From assembly GCA_002269645.1 (NCBI GenBank), contig NIVC01000150.1:248001-312000 (forward strand): a DNA stretch of 64,000 bases, written 5' to 3'. The stretch comes from Macrostomum lignano. Its lineage: Eukaryota. Each line of letters starts with the position of its first letter. Within the stretch, counting starts at the first letter, position 1. Shown piece by piece: positions 46,201-59,768 of the stretch. Under the pieces are notes generated by a model, which saw only the letters and a list, made by a program, of their open reading frames with translations, ran no database searches and was not told the DNA's origin. A program made the position numbers and the translations under genes.

Positions 46201-49200
46201 CTGCATCGATTCGAACGCCAAGGTCGCTGATGGACACGGTATCGGCATCCAGGTGAGAATTCGACTGCAGAAAATCTCGGTACAGCTCTCTGGAGGCCTG
46301 AAAGCGAAACGAATGTAGAGATTTAAGGACACTCGACCGCTGACCTAAAAATGGATTGCTGATCTAGCCAGCATCACTGATGAAGGAATAGAATGGATTG
46401 CTAATCTAGCCAGCATCACTGATGAAGGAATAGAATGGATTGCTAATCTAGCCAGCATCACTGATGAAGGAATAGAATGGATTGCTAATCTAGCCAGCAT
46501 CACTGATGAATGAATAGAATGGATTGCTAATCTAGCCAACACCACTGATGAAGGAATAGAATGGATTGCTAATCTAGCCAACATCACTGATGAAGGAATA
46601 GAATGGATTGCTAATCTAGCCAACACCACTGATGAAGGAATAGAATGGATTGCTAATCTAGCCAGCATCACTGATGAAGGAACAGAATGGATTGCTGATC
46701 TAGCCAGCATCACTGATGAAGGAATAGAGTGAATTGCTAATCTAGCCAACACCACTGATGAAGGAATAGAATGGATTGCTAATCTAGCCAACATCACTGA
46801 TGAAGGAATAGAATGGATTGCTAATCTAGCCAACACCACTGAAGAAGGAATAGAATGGATTGCTAATCTAGCCAGCATCACTGATGAATGAATAGAATGG
46901 ATTGCTAATCTAGCCAACACCACTGATGAAGGAATAGAATGGATTGCTAATCTAGCCAACATCACTGATGAAGGAATAGAATGGATTGCTAATCTAGCCA
47001 ACACCACTGATGAAGGAATAGAATGGATTGCTAATCTAGCCAGCATCACTGATGAAGGAACAGAATGGATTGCTGATCTAGCCAGCATCACTGATGAAGG
47101 AATAGAGTGAATTGCTAATCTAGCCAACACCACTGATGAAGGAATAGAATGGATTGCTAATCTAGCCAACATCACTGATGAAGGAATAGAATGGATTGCT
47201 AATCTAGCCAACACCACTGAAGAAGGAATAGAATGGATTGCTAATCTAGCCAACACCACTGAAGAAGGAATAGAATGGATTGCTAATCTAGCCAGCATCA
47301 CTGATGAAGGAATAGAATGGATTGCTAATCTAGCCAACATCACTGATGAAGGAATAGAATGGATTGCTAATCTAGCCAACATCACTGATGAAGGAATAGA
47401 ATGGATTGCTAAACTAGCCAACATCACTGATGAAGGAATAGAATGGATTGCTAATCTAGCCAACATCACTGAAGAAGGAATAGAGTGGATTGCTAATCTA
47501 GGCTGGCTCACCGCAGAACCCATGCCGGTCTCGTTGCCAATGACAACGAGGTCAGCTTTAAAGTACACGGAGTTCTCGGCCCCGGCCTTCAGCTGGTCCG
47601 GACTGTCGCACTGGCCGGGTTCCTTGGGCGGGTCAAAGGTTTGCGTCATGCCCAGCTGGATCCAGAAGTACTTCGGGCCGACCATGCCGAACTGCTCGAT
47701 CTGCGACGACACGGTAAGTAGTGGGACTGATTTTGCACCTGATTCGGGATTGGCGATTTCTGAATGCAGACAGATGAGCATGAGATGGGATGAAAGATGG
47801 GAATGGGGATGGGTATAGGGATGGGAATGGGGATGGGAATGGGGATGGGAATGGGGATGGGAATGGGGATGGAAATGGGGATGGGAATGGGGATGGGAAT
47901 GGGGATGGGAATGGGGATGGGAATGAGGATGGGAATGGGGATGGGAATGGGGATGGGAATGGGGATGGGAATGGGGATGGGAATGAGGATGGGAATGGGG
48001 ATGGGAATGGGAATGGGGATGGGAATAGAGATGGGAATGGGGATGGGAATAGGGATGGGAATGAGAATAGGGATGGGAATGGGGATGGGAATGGGGATGG
48101 GAATGGGGATGGAAATGGGGATGGAAATGGGGATGGGAATGAGGATGGGAATGAGGATGGGAATGAGGATGGGAATGGGGATGGGAATGGGTATGGGAAT
48201 GGGGATGGGAATAGGGATGGGAATAGGGATGGGAATGGGGATGGGAATGGGAATGGGGATGGGAATGGGGATGGGAATAGGGATGGGAATAGGGATGGGA
48301 ATGGGGATGGGAATGGGGATGGGAATGGGGATGGGAATAGAGATGGGAATGGGGATGGGAATGGGGATGGGAATGGGGATGGGAATGGGGATGGGAATGG
48401 GGATCGGAATAGGGATGGGAATGAGGATGGGAATGAGGACGGGAATATGGATGGGAATGGGGATGGGAATGGGGATGGGAATGGGGATGGGAATGGGGAT
48501 GGGAATGGGGATGGGAATGGGGATGGGAATGGGGATGGGAATGGGGATGGGAATAGGGATGGGAATAGGGATGGGAATGGGGATGGGAGTGGGGATGGGA
48601 ATGGGAATGGGAATGGGGATGGGAATAGGGATGGGAATAGGGATGGGAATGGGGATGGGAATGAGGATGGGAATAGAGATGGGAATGGGGATGGGAATGG
48701 GGATGGGAATGGGGATGGGAATGGGGATGGGAATAGGGATGGGAATAGGGATGGGAATAGGGATGGGAATGGGGATGGGAATAGGGATGGGAATGGGGAT
48801 GGGAATGGGGATGGGAATGGGGATACAGATGTAAGCTTTATAACGTACGGTAATTGTTGGATATCATAATCTTTAATAGCGCATGACTGTAATGAGTGTT
48901 TTTTGCAAAATCAGTTTCTCAACCAAAGCAAAGCAAAATTATTGAAGAATTGCTAACCTCCATGTTTAAATTTATTGTCACTTTTTTAGTCTATGGAAGA
49001 GAGTTGTTTTCAAGAAGTTGCATATTAAAAGAGCCAAGCTGACATGGAGGAAAGCTAGAGTTTAGAAATAGTATATAAAATAGTTTATAAACTTGTCCAT
49101 CTCTCTGACAGCAAATGACAGCATCAAGGCTCTATCAAAAGCTGTACACGGGCGGCCTGTTTTCTGCTCTGGCGCTGGCCATCATTGCCTGCGTCACTCC

Positions 49201-52200
49201 CGGCTGGGGGGTGGTTTGGGACCCCAGATATGGAACCACCACCTCCAGGATGCTGGCTCTGGATAGCTCAGGTAAGTGGCTATTCTGTTGTCTGTGATTG
49301 TTCAGAATTAACAGATAATATCAATGTCTAACAGGGGATATCAATGTCTTACAGGGGATATCAATGTCTTACACGGGATATCAATGTCTAACATGGGATA
49401 TCAATGTCTTACATGGGATATCAATGTCTTACACGGGATATCAATGTCTAACATGGGATATCAATGTCTTACATGGGATATCAATGTCTAACAGGGGATA
49501 TCAATGTCTTACAGGGGATATCAATGTCTAACAGGGGATATCAATGTCTTACAGGGGATATCAATGTCTAACAGGGGATATCAATGTCTAACAGGCGATA
49601 TCAATGTCTAACAGGGGATATCAATGTCTAACAGGGGATATCAATGTCTAACAGGGGATATCAATGTCTTACAGGGGATATCAATGTCTAACAGGGGATA
49701 TCAATGTCTTACAGGGGATATCAATGTCTAACAGGGGATATCAATGTCTTACAGGGGATATCAATGTCTTACAGGGGATATCAATGTCTAACAGGAGATA
49801 TCAATGTCTAACAGGGGATATCAATGTCTTACATGGGATATCAATGTCTAACAGGGGATATCAATGTCTAACATGGGATATCGATGTCTAACATGGGTTA
49901 TCAATGTCTAACATGGGATATCGATGTCTAACAGGTTATATCAATGTCTTACATGGGATATCAATGTCTAACAGGGGATATCAATGTCTAACATGGGATA
50001 TCAATGTCTAACAGGCGATATCAATGTCTAACAGGAGATATCAATGTCTAACAGGCGATATCAATGTCTAACAGGGGATATCAATGTCTAACAGGCGATA
50101 TCAATGTCTAGCAGGGGATATCAATGTCTAACAGGGGATATCAATGTCTAACAGGGGATATCAATGTCTAACAGGAGATATCAATGTCTAACAGGAGATA
50201 TCAATGTCTAACAGGCGATATCAATGTCTAACAGGGGATATCAATGTCTACAGGATATCAATGTCTAACAGGGGATATCAATGTCTAACAGGTTATATCA
50301 ATGTCTAACAGGGGATATCAATGTCTTACAGGTTATATCAATGTCTAACAGGGGATATCAATGTCTTACAGGGGATATCAATGTCTAACATGGGATATCA
50401 ATGTCTAACAGGGGATATCAATGTCTAACAGGTTATATCAATGTCTAACAGGGGATATCAATGTCTTACAGGGGATATCAATGTCTTACAGGGATATCAA
50501 TGTCTTACAGGGGATATCAATGTCTAACAGGGGATATCAATGTCTAACAGGGGATATCAATGTCTAACAGGTTATATCAATGTCTAACAGGGGATATCAA
50601 TGTCTTACAGGTTATATCAATGTCTAACAGGGGATATCAATGTCTTACAGGGGATATCAATGTCTAACAGGGGATATCAATGTCTAACAGGAGATATCAA
50701 TGTCTAACAAGGGATATCAATGTCTAACAGGGGATGCATAAAATAAACAATTTCAGTGAACGGCAGGGCAGTCATAGCCATGGCCCTCATCGGCACAATC
50801 TGTCTATCAATTTCGCTGCTCGCCAATGTCCTCACCATGGCGGTGAAATCTCTTAACGATAGCAACGTGCCGAGCATCATTAGCTTCAGTGCCCTGGCCT
50901 TGGGAGGTAAATAACTGCTCACTGAGTGAGCATCCGTGCTGTCTCATATCACTATTTTTTTTCAGTCCTAGTATTGCCTCGCTCTTGACACCCCTGTCTA
51001 ACACCCTTGACACCCCTGTCTAACACTCTTGACACCCCTGTCTAACGCCCTTGACACCCATGTCGAACACCCTTGACACCCCTGTCTAACACTTTGAAAC
51101 CCGTGTCAAACACTTTGACACCCCTGTCTAACACTTTGACAACCCTGTCTAACACTTACACACCCCTGTCTAACACTTTGACAACCCTGTCTAACACCCT
51201 TGACACCCCTGTCTAGCACTTTGAAACCCCTGTCTAACACTTTGACACAACTCTCTAACACTCTTGACACCCCTATCTAACACCCTTGACACCACTGTCT
51301 AACACCCTTGACAACCATGTCTAACACCCTTGAGACCCATGTCTAACACCCTTGACACCCTTGAACCGCAGCCATCTGCATGCTCATCGCATTGTGCGTC
51401 TTCGGCGATCGGCTACAGGTGGGCGGCTACAGCCTGTGGTTTCTGTCCGGGTCCGGCATCCTGGCCGCCGAGACCACCCTGCTCGGTGTGATTATCGCCG
51501 CCAACTCTTAAGAAACCTGAGCGACATGTGAATTCAAACTCCTGGTTTTTTGCGTTTTCTTTTATTTTTGACTTCCAGTGGAACTGACTGCTTTGAATTG
51601 GATTAAGGTATCAATAAAATCAATTCTTTTAATGCAAAAGATTTTGTTTAGCTATTGATATTTTTCAAACGCTGCTCAGTGATAATAACACATTTCTTAC
51701 TTTACCTGAGTCACTCTACCCGAGTCACTCTACCTGGAGTCACTCTACCCGAGTCACTCTACCTGGAGTCACTCTACCCGAGTCACTCTACCTGGAGTCA
51801 CTCTACTCAAGTCACTCCACCCGAGTCACTCTACCTGAGTCACTCTACCCGAGTCACTCTACCTGGAGTCACTCTACCCGAGTCACTCTACCTGGAGTCA
51901 CTCTACCAGTCACTCTACCCGAGTCACTCTACCAGTCACTCTACCCGAGTCACTCTACCTGAGTCACTCTACCCGAGTCACTCTACCTGAGTCACTCTAC
52001 CAAGTCACTCCACCCGAGTCACTCTACCTGAGTCACTCTACCCAGTCACTCCACCTGAGTCACTCTACTCAGTCACTCCACCCGAGTCACTCTACCCGAG
52101 TCACTCTACCAAGTCACTCCACCCGAGTCACTCTACCTGGAGTCACTCTACCTCACTCCACCCGGAGTCACTCTACTCAAGTCACTCCACCCGAGTCACT

Positions 52201-55200
52201 CTACCCAGTCACTCTACTCAAGTCACTCCACCCGAGTCACTCTACCCGAGTCACTCTACCCGAGTCACTCTACCCGAGTCACTCTACCCGTCAGTCACTC
52301 TACCCGAGTCACTCTACCCGAGTCACTCTACCCGAGTTACTTTACTAGAGTCACTCTACCTGAGTCACTCGACCTGAGTCACTCACCAAGCACTCAAACT
52401 TCACCGTTTCCACTCTGGCCGCTCGAACAACAAGAAAAATCCGAACGTCCCTGTCCTGAACCGGTTGGAGGTAGAAATGCAAAAGTAGGTTTTTCAGCAG
52501 AGATAAATGTATGAAATATTGAATTGATTAAAACAATTAATCAATCAATCAATTAATTAACCAACTAATCAAAGCAGTTTGACTTGCCTTCATTCTGCGC
52601 AATGCCGCTGAAGGGTCGGTGCTGTAGACTCCCCTGGCGGCCAGGGTGATGTTGTACAGTGACAGCATTTTCTCCAAGTGGACCGATGTCTGCAGGCATT
52701 TGTATTATTATTTTTATTATGCATGCAAAATAGTGTACTATATTACTGCCAGTGCCACATTACAAGAGGGTGTAGAAGAGGGTGGAGAGAAGGGTGTAGG
52801 AGAGGGTGGAGAGGAGGGTGTAGGAGAGGGTGGAGAGGAGGGTGTAGGAGAGGGTGGAGAGGAGGGTGTAGGAGAGGGTGGAGAGGAGGGTGTAGGAGGT
52901 GTAGAGAAGGGTGTAGAAGAGGGTGGAGAGGAGGGTGTAGGAGAGGGTGGAGAGGAGGGTGTAGGAGAGGGTGGAGAGGAGGGTGTAGGAGAGGGTGGAG
53001 AGGAGGGTGTAGGAGAGGGTGGAGAGGAGGGTGTAGGAGAGGGTGGAGAGGAGGGTGTAGGAGGTGTAGAGAAGGGTGTAGAAGAGGGTGGAGAGGAGGG
53101 TGTAGGAGAGGGTGGAGAGGAGGGTGTAGGAGAGGGTGGAGAGGAGGGTGTAGGAGAGGGTGGAGAGGAGGGTGTAGAAGAGGGTGGAGAGGAGGGTGTA
53201 GGAGAGGGTGGAAAGGAGGGTGTAGGGAGGGTGGAGACGAGTGTGTAGGATAGGGTGGAGAGGAGGGTGTAGAAGAGGGTGGAGAGGAGGGTGTAGGAAG
53301 TGTAGAGAAGGGTGTAGGAGAGTGAGGAGAGAAGGGTGTAGGAGGTGTAGAGAAGGGTGTAGGAGGGGGAGAGGAGGGTATAGGAGAGGGTGGAGAGGAG
53401 GGTGTAGGAGAGGGAGGAGAGAAGGGTGTAGGAGAGGGTGGAGAGGAGGGTGTAGAAGAGGGTGGAGAGGAGGGTGTAGGAGAGGGTGGAGAGGAGGGTG
53501 TAGAAGAGGGTGGAGAGGAGGGTGTAGAAGAGGGTGGAGAGGAGGGTGTAGGAGAGGGTGAAGAGGAGGGTGTAGAAGAGGGTGGAGAGGAGGGTGTAGG
53601 AGAGGGTGGAGAGGAGGGTGTAGAAGAGGGTGGAGAGGAGGGTGTAGGAGAGGGTGGAAAGGAGGGTGTAGGGAGGGTGGAGACGAGTGTGTAGGATAGG
53701 GTGGAGAGGAGGGTGTAGAAGAGGGTGGAGAGGAGGGTGTAGAAGAGGGTGGAGAGGAGGGTGGAGAGGAGGGTGTAGAAGAGGGTGGAGAGAAGGGTGT
53801 AGGAGAGGGTGGAGAGGAGGGTGTAGAAGAGGGTGGAGAGGAGGGTGTAGAAGAGGGTGGAGAGGAGGGTGTAGGAGAGGGTGAAGAGGAGGGTGTAGAA
53901 GAGGGTGGAGAGGAGGGTGTAGGAGAGGGTGGAGAGGAGGGTGTAGAAGAGGGTGGAGAGGAGGGTGTAGGAGAGGGTGGAAAGGAGGGTGTAGGGGAGG
54001 GTGGAGACGAGTGTGTAGGATAGGGTGGAGAGGAGGGTGTAGAAGAGGGTGGAGAGGAGGGTGTAGAAGAGGGTGGAGAGGAGGGTGGAGAGGAGGGTGT
54101 AGAAGAGGGTGGAGAGAAGGGTGTAGGAGAGGGTGGAGAGGAGGGTGTAGAAGAGGGTGGAGAGGAGGGTGTAGGAGAGGGTGGAGAGGAGGGTGTAGAA
54201 GAGGGTGGAGAGGAGGGTGTAGGAGAGGGTGAAGAGGAGGGTGTAGAAGAGGGTGGAGAGGAGGGTGTAGGAGAGGGTGGAGAGGAGGGTGTAGAAGAGG
54301 GTGGAGAGGAGGGTGTAGGAGAGGGTGGAAAGGAGGGTGTAGGGGAGGGTGGAGACGAGTGTGTAGGATAGGGTGGAGAGGAGGGTGTAGAAGAGGGTGG
54401 AGAGGAGGGTGTAGAAGAGGGTGGAGAGGAGGGTGGAGAGGAGGGTGTAGAAGAGGGTGGAGAGGAGGGTGTAGGAGAGGGTGGAAAGGAGGGTGTAGGG
54501 GAGGGTGGAGAGGAGGGTGTAGGGGAGGGTGGAGACGAGTGTGTAGGATAGGGTGGAGAGGAGGGTGTAGGGGAGGGTGGAGAGGAGGGTGTAGGGGAGG
54601 GTGGAGACGAGTGTGTAGAAGAGGGTGGAGAGGAGGGTGTAGGAAGTGTAGCGAAGGGTGTAGGAGAGTGAGGAGAGAAGGGTGTAGGAGGTGTAGAGAA
54701 GGGTGTAGGAGGGGGGGAGAGGAGGGTATAGGAGAGGGTGGAGAGGAGGGTGTAGGAGAGGGTGGAGAGAAGGGTGTAGGAGAGGGTGGAGAGGAGGGTG
54801 TAGGAGAGTGAGGAGAGAAGGGTGTAGGAGGTGTAGAGAAGGGTGTAGGAGGGGGGAGAGGAGGGTATAGGAGAGGGTGGAGAGGAGGGTGTAGGAGAGG
54901 GAGGAGAGGAGGATGTAGGAGGTGCAAAGGAGGGTGTAGGAGAGATTGTAGAGGGGGGTGTAGGAGAGGGTGAAGAGGAGGGTGTAGGAGAGGGTGGAGA
55001 GGAGGGTGTAGGAGAGGGTGGAGAGGAGGGTGTAGGAGAGGGTGGAGAGAAGGATGTAGAGAGAGTGTAGAGAGAGTGGGAGAGTAGGAAGTTGTAATAG
55101 GGTGAATACACGAACTTAAGACTTGAGACGATGCACTGGGTGAGAATAGTATTTGATTCAGAATCAGTCTGTCACCCCAATCAACAAAATCTATATTTAC

Positions 55201-58200
55201 GAGTATATCAGTCAATGAGGTGGTGGGTGATGTACACAGAAAAACTGCTTAGCCAAAATCTGTTGTAAACATAAGTAAGCAAAAGCATTACAGACAGAGA
55301 AAACTATTCGAGGACATTGCTAATTTGCAGTCCTTACACGGGTCAGTTTGGCATCAACTCAGATAGACGAGCAACTCACAGCGTAAACTCCGTCATAGTC
55401 GCTAGTGAGCAGTCCCACTATAGACCAATTGTAGCGCTTCAGAATCTGCACAACTCCATCCAGGAACAGACTATGCGACATGCTGACCCGAGAGAAGTAA
55501 AAATATTTGTCTTTGTTTGACAGCGCCGGACTGGGCGTTGAGGCGCTGATCTGAGTTGGAGAATGCGGGGGATGTTGCTGGCTGACTGCAGTGCCACTGG
55601 TGGACTGTAATTACAGCTGCCTCTCCCTCTCCCTCTACCTCTCTACTTCTCACTCTGTCTCCCTCTCTCCCTCTGCTTTTACCTCTCTGCTTCTCACTCT
55701 GTCTCCCTCTCCCTCTCACCCTCTCCCTCTCCCTCCTCGTCTCCCTCTCTCTGGTTCTCACTCTCCCTCTCCCTCCTCGTCTCCCTCTCTCTGGTTCTCA
55801 CTCTCCCTCTCCCTCCTCGTCTCCCTCTCTCTGGTTCTCACTCTCCCCCTCCCTCTGTTCCTCTTCCCTCTCCCTATTTCCCCTCCCTCTCTGCTTCTCA
55901 CTCTGTCTCCCTCTCTTTGCCTCTCCCTCCTCTCTCCCTGCTCCTCTCCATCTCCCCTTTCTCTCCCTCTCCACCCCACTCTGTCATTCTGCCTCTCTCC
56001 TCTCCCTCTCTTTCCTTCTTCATCACGCCTCCCTACCTCTACTTCGTATTTCTCTCACCCCTCACAATCAATCCCACTTCCTTTTTTCTGCATCCCCTCC
56101 CCAGCCGATCCCGGCCGCCTCGCGCACCTCAGGCAGGAAGTAGTACTGGGCCACGTTGGCCAGCACCACGGCCTGGTTAGAGAAGGCCGGGCCAAACATC
56201 AGCGCCTTGTTAGGCGGAGTCAGGTAGCCGTCTGCGAACTTGCGCACCGCGCTACCCTGCAGCGCCTTGAAGGGATCAATTCGTGTCAACAGATGTTTTT
56301 AATCAGTTGAGTAGCTTCGCTTAAATTAAATTGAAGATATCGTCTTCGCCTACTAACAGTAGACGCAAAATTGTCATCTTACGCCATGCTACTATTATAA
56401 AACTGTAAAATATATTTATTCAAAGCCGGTTTCCATGCCAAAATAATATAGTCTCGCAAGATTGGAAGCCAGTCTCTTTCAGATCAATTTTCTTGTCCTA
56501 ATAAAACTTCGAATGAAATGTTTTGTTGCAGGTTTGTCCTTAGTTTCAAGCTCAGAAGGTAAAAAGTGAATCGCTACAGTAATTCATCATCGTCCCAAAA
56601 ACAGCAACGCTGAGGCAATGCTGCCCATTGCGCTGGCTCCCGAGCACACGACAAGCGCGCCAATACTGCACAGAGACACGCACTCGCACACACGCTCACA
56701 CAGAGTGTACAGTGGCCCTTGACTTTCTAATCGGTCAGGCATGTCTCTGTGCCATGGGTTGGTCCTCATGAGTGTGAATTGCACGACAAATCCCTGCCAA
56801 TTTTTCTTGCACAAGAACCAAATGAATTCGGCTGCGCACGGAATCGAACCAGGGGTCGTTGCGCAACAGTCAGCCGCCGCGTTTACCGCTGAACTGTTTT
56901 GCGTCCCCTCTAATATCTCATACCTCATATCTCATACCTTACATCTCATATCTCATACCTCATATCTCATACCTCATATCTCATATGTCATACCTCATAT
57001 CTCATACCTCATGTCTCATATCCCATATGTCATACCTCATATCTCATATCTCATATGTCATACCTCATATCTCATACCTCATGTCTCATATCTCATATGT
57101 CATACCTCATATCTCATACCTTACATCTCATATCTCATATCATATCTCACACCTCATTTCTCATACCTTACATCTCATATGTCATACCTCATATCTCATA
57201 CCTCATATCTCATATCTCATATGTCATACCTCATATCTCATACCTTACATCTCATATCTCATACCTCATATCTCATACCTCATATCTCATATGTCATACC
57301 TCATATCTCATACCTCATGTCTCATATCCCATATGTCATACCTCATATCTCATATCTCATATGTCATACCTCATATCTCATACCTCATGTCTCATATCTC
57401 ATATGTCATACCTCATATCTCATACCTTACATCTCATATGTCATACCTCATATCTCATACCTCATATCTCATACCTCATATCTCATATCTCATATGTCAT
57501 ACCTCATATCTCATACCTTACATCTCATTTCTCATACCTCATATCTCATACCTCATATCTCATGTCATACCTCATATCTCATACCTCATGTCTCATATCT
57601 CATATGTCATACCTCATATATCATACCTCATGTCTCATATGTCATACCTCATATCTCATACCTTACATCTCATTTCTCATACCTCATATCTCATACCTCA
57701 TATCTCATGTCATACCTCATATCTCATACCTCATGTCTCATATCTCATATGTCATACCTCATATATCATACCTCATGTCTCATATCTCATACCTCATATC
57801 TCATATCATATCTCATTCCTCATGTCATACCTCATATCTCATACCTTACATCTCATAACTTACATCTCATACCTTACATCTCATATCTCATACCTCATAT
57901 CTCATACCCCATATGTCATACCTCATATCTCATACCTCATGTCTCATATGTCATACCTCATATTTCATATCTCATATCTCATACCTTATATCTCATCTCA
58001 TATCTCATATCTTACCCCCAGACCGCATTTGTACTCGGCCTTAAGCTTGAAGCTAAAGTTCAATTCGGTTAAATTGTTGTTCAAGTAGTCCAGTGCAAAC
58101 TTGTAGTACTCCGGGTCGGCGCTCCGGGTGCTGTTCTCAGAGCACAACACCAGAGTGTGCACCACCGGCCTCTCGGCCGCAGTTGACAACAGCCAGACCG

Positions 58201-58234
58201 ACACCAGAATCCCGACGACAAATCCGGCCGCCAT
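43272..58234 (-). CDS. GABA-B receptor-like class C GPCR, multi-exon
   Basis: Signal peptide MAAGFVVGILVSVWLL at 58234. Venus-flytrap exons (TDPSAALRRMK / DRDVRIFLV, GPKYFWIQLG). TM exons GPPED...RHIRMIKMSSPNINNLIGVGCIL, LAKTWRVHVIF and [29 protein letters not shown]. Last exon 43430-43272. Confidence 0.9.
45795..48830. repeat. Intronic arrays in the GPCR gene: 21-bp unit (45795-46025), 42-bp unit GAAGGAATAGAATGGATTGCTAATCTAGCCAGCATCACTGAT (46349-47500), GGGAATGGGGAT (47790-48830)
   Basis: Tandem arrays lying between identifiable exons. Confidence 0.95.
49115..51511 (+). CDS. Small four-transmembrane claudin/PMP22-like protein (148 aa) nested antisense in a GPCR intron: join(49115..49271,50757..50906,51372..51511)
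   Basis: GT-AG sites join in phase 1 at both introns. Four hydrophobic segments, a W after TM1 (CVTPGW) and GYSLW before TM4. Confidence 0.75.
49315..58012. repeat. Series of intronic minisatellites: 20-bp TCAATGTCTAACAGGGGATA (49315-50735), ~22-bp (50985-51360), GAGTCACTCTACC (51705-52385), 24-bp GGA-rich (52775-55080), CT-rich (55620-56050), CATATCT/CATACCT (56912-58012)
   Basis: Tandem arrays separated by short exons. Confidence 0.95.
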
Positions 58235-59711
58235 TTCCTTTGCAGCGACTCTTCAGTCGATCTTTTTTCCGTTTTCTTCTTTTTTTCTCGGCTTTCGGTT
58301 GCGCCTCAGAAAACTGGCCGCCGAGTGTTCCGTCTTCTTCTTTTGCTGCTTTCGCGGGGGAGAGATGAAAACAGAAGCAGAAACCAAGTGCAGCTGAAAG
58401 CTCCGCCTCCGCTCCTGGGGCTTTTATCTAAAATTTGAATAGCTTTGAAACTAGCTTTAGCTTCAAATTTTAGGCCGATCGGGTTTCTGCATCTGCGAGT
58501 TGACTGTCACCTTTTGATTATCTCAATCACAAGCATCGTAAGTGGCTCGCTTGAAAGCTCTGGGAATCGAATAACGGGCAGGTGAAAATTCTGCAAACTG
58601 AAAATCTGCGGCAATGTGTTAATTTAAAGACAAATTCGCTGCTTCTTCAACTACCGGTTCCGCCCTGCTCGGGTTTCGTTGAAGTCAGAAAGTAAACGTA
58701 TTGCAAGGCCACTTGACAGACATACAGACAGACAGACAGACTGTAGAGAACTGTAAATCATATCAGAACACACTACTTAAAGTAATATTCTAACAAAATC
58801 AATTTGAACTCGCAATCTATTTTTAGAATGAGTCATGATGAGTCATATCTATTTTTAGAATGAGTCACGTGCAAACAGAAGTGACTCAGAGCCCTACGTA
58901 GGACCGACGTTTATTTGATCAAGAAACCGGTTCTTGGGAGTTTTATTTGCTTAATTCCATATATGGTAATGATCAAACATTCATGACCTCTTAATCAAAC
59001 ATACGCGACCTAAGTAAATAACCGATTTTAAACCAGTTTTTCACTAAAATTTTACTATAAATATAAGCGAAAATCCTATTCAAAAATTCAGACTTGGAGC
59101 GGTCTCAAGGAATACCTTGGAATACGTCAACTAAGAAGACCCATCTCTGAGAGAAGAAATCCGGACAGATTGGTAAGCGTTGCCCGTTTCAGTTCTTTGC
59201 TATAGCACTAATAAGTTGATTAATCGAGTTTACGAGAGCCACTTATTGTCGACACATTTGAGAAAGGCCTCCTTGTTTCCTAGGATACATTCATAGAGGA
59301 TTATTGAGTTGATTTGAGTTATCCGTTACGTTTCGGACGTAACGAAGAAGACGCCCTTCAGGAGGACCTATTACAGATTTAAAGAATTCAATTGTTCATA
59401 AGGGCGCACGTTCTATTGTTAATTCCGAGCTTGAGGACCGCCAAGAATTCTGATTCGCTCTCGTTCTGGTCGACCCACAGATAAAGTTAAGGACTCCAGG
59501 AGGCAACAGCTGTTCACCGGAACCGGCCGCCGCAACCGCTCAGCAAGCTTGCTATCCCGACACGCCACAAGACTCCACCGACTACCGACCCCAAGAGGAT
59601 CCGCTGCAGTAAGTTATTCGACTCATATATACATGTACCTAGGCACTTGCTCCCCAGTGTCTAGAAGTGGGAGTTTATTGAGTGACTGATCACCACCCAA
59701 TAAACTCTTCA

Positions 59712-59768
<57 letters not shown>

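Noticed and set aside
37146-47500. 35-, 30- and 42-bp repeats as CRISPR arrays
   Set aside because: The units are head-to-tail with no unique spacers, there are no cas genes, and they lie in eukaryotic introns.
46345-58088. Long ORFs of 345-825 aa (46345-47781, 47790-48869, 52738-55215, 56741-58072 and others)
   Set aside because: These are translations of stop-free tandem repeats. Only short flanking parts are real exons.
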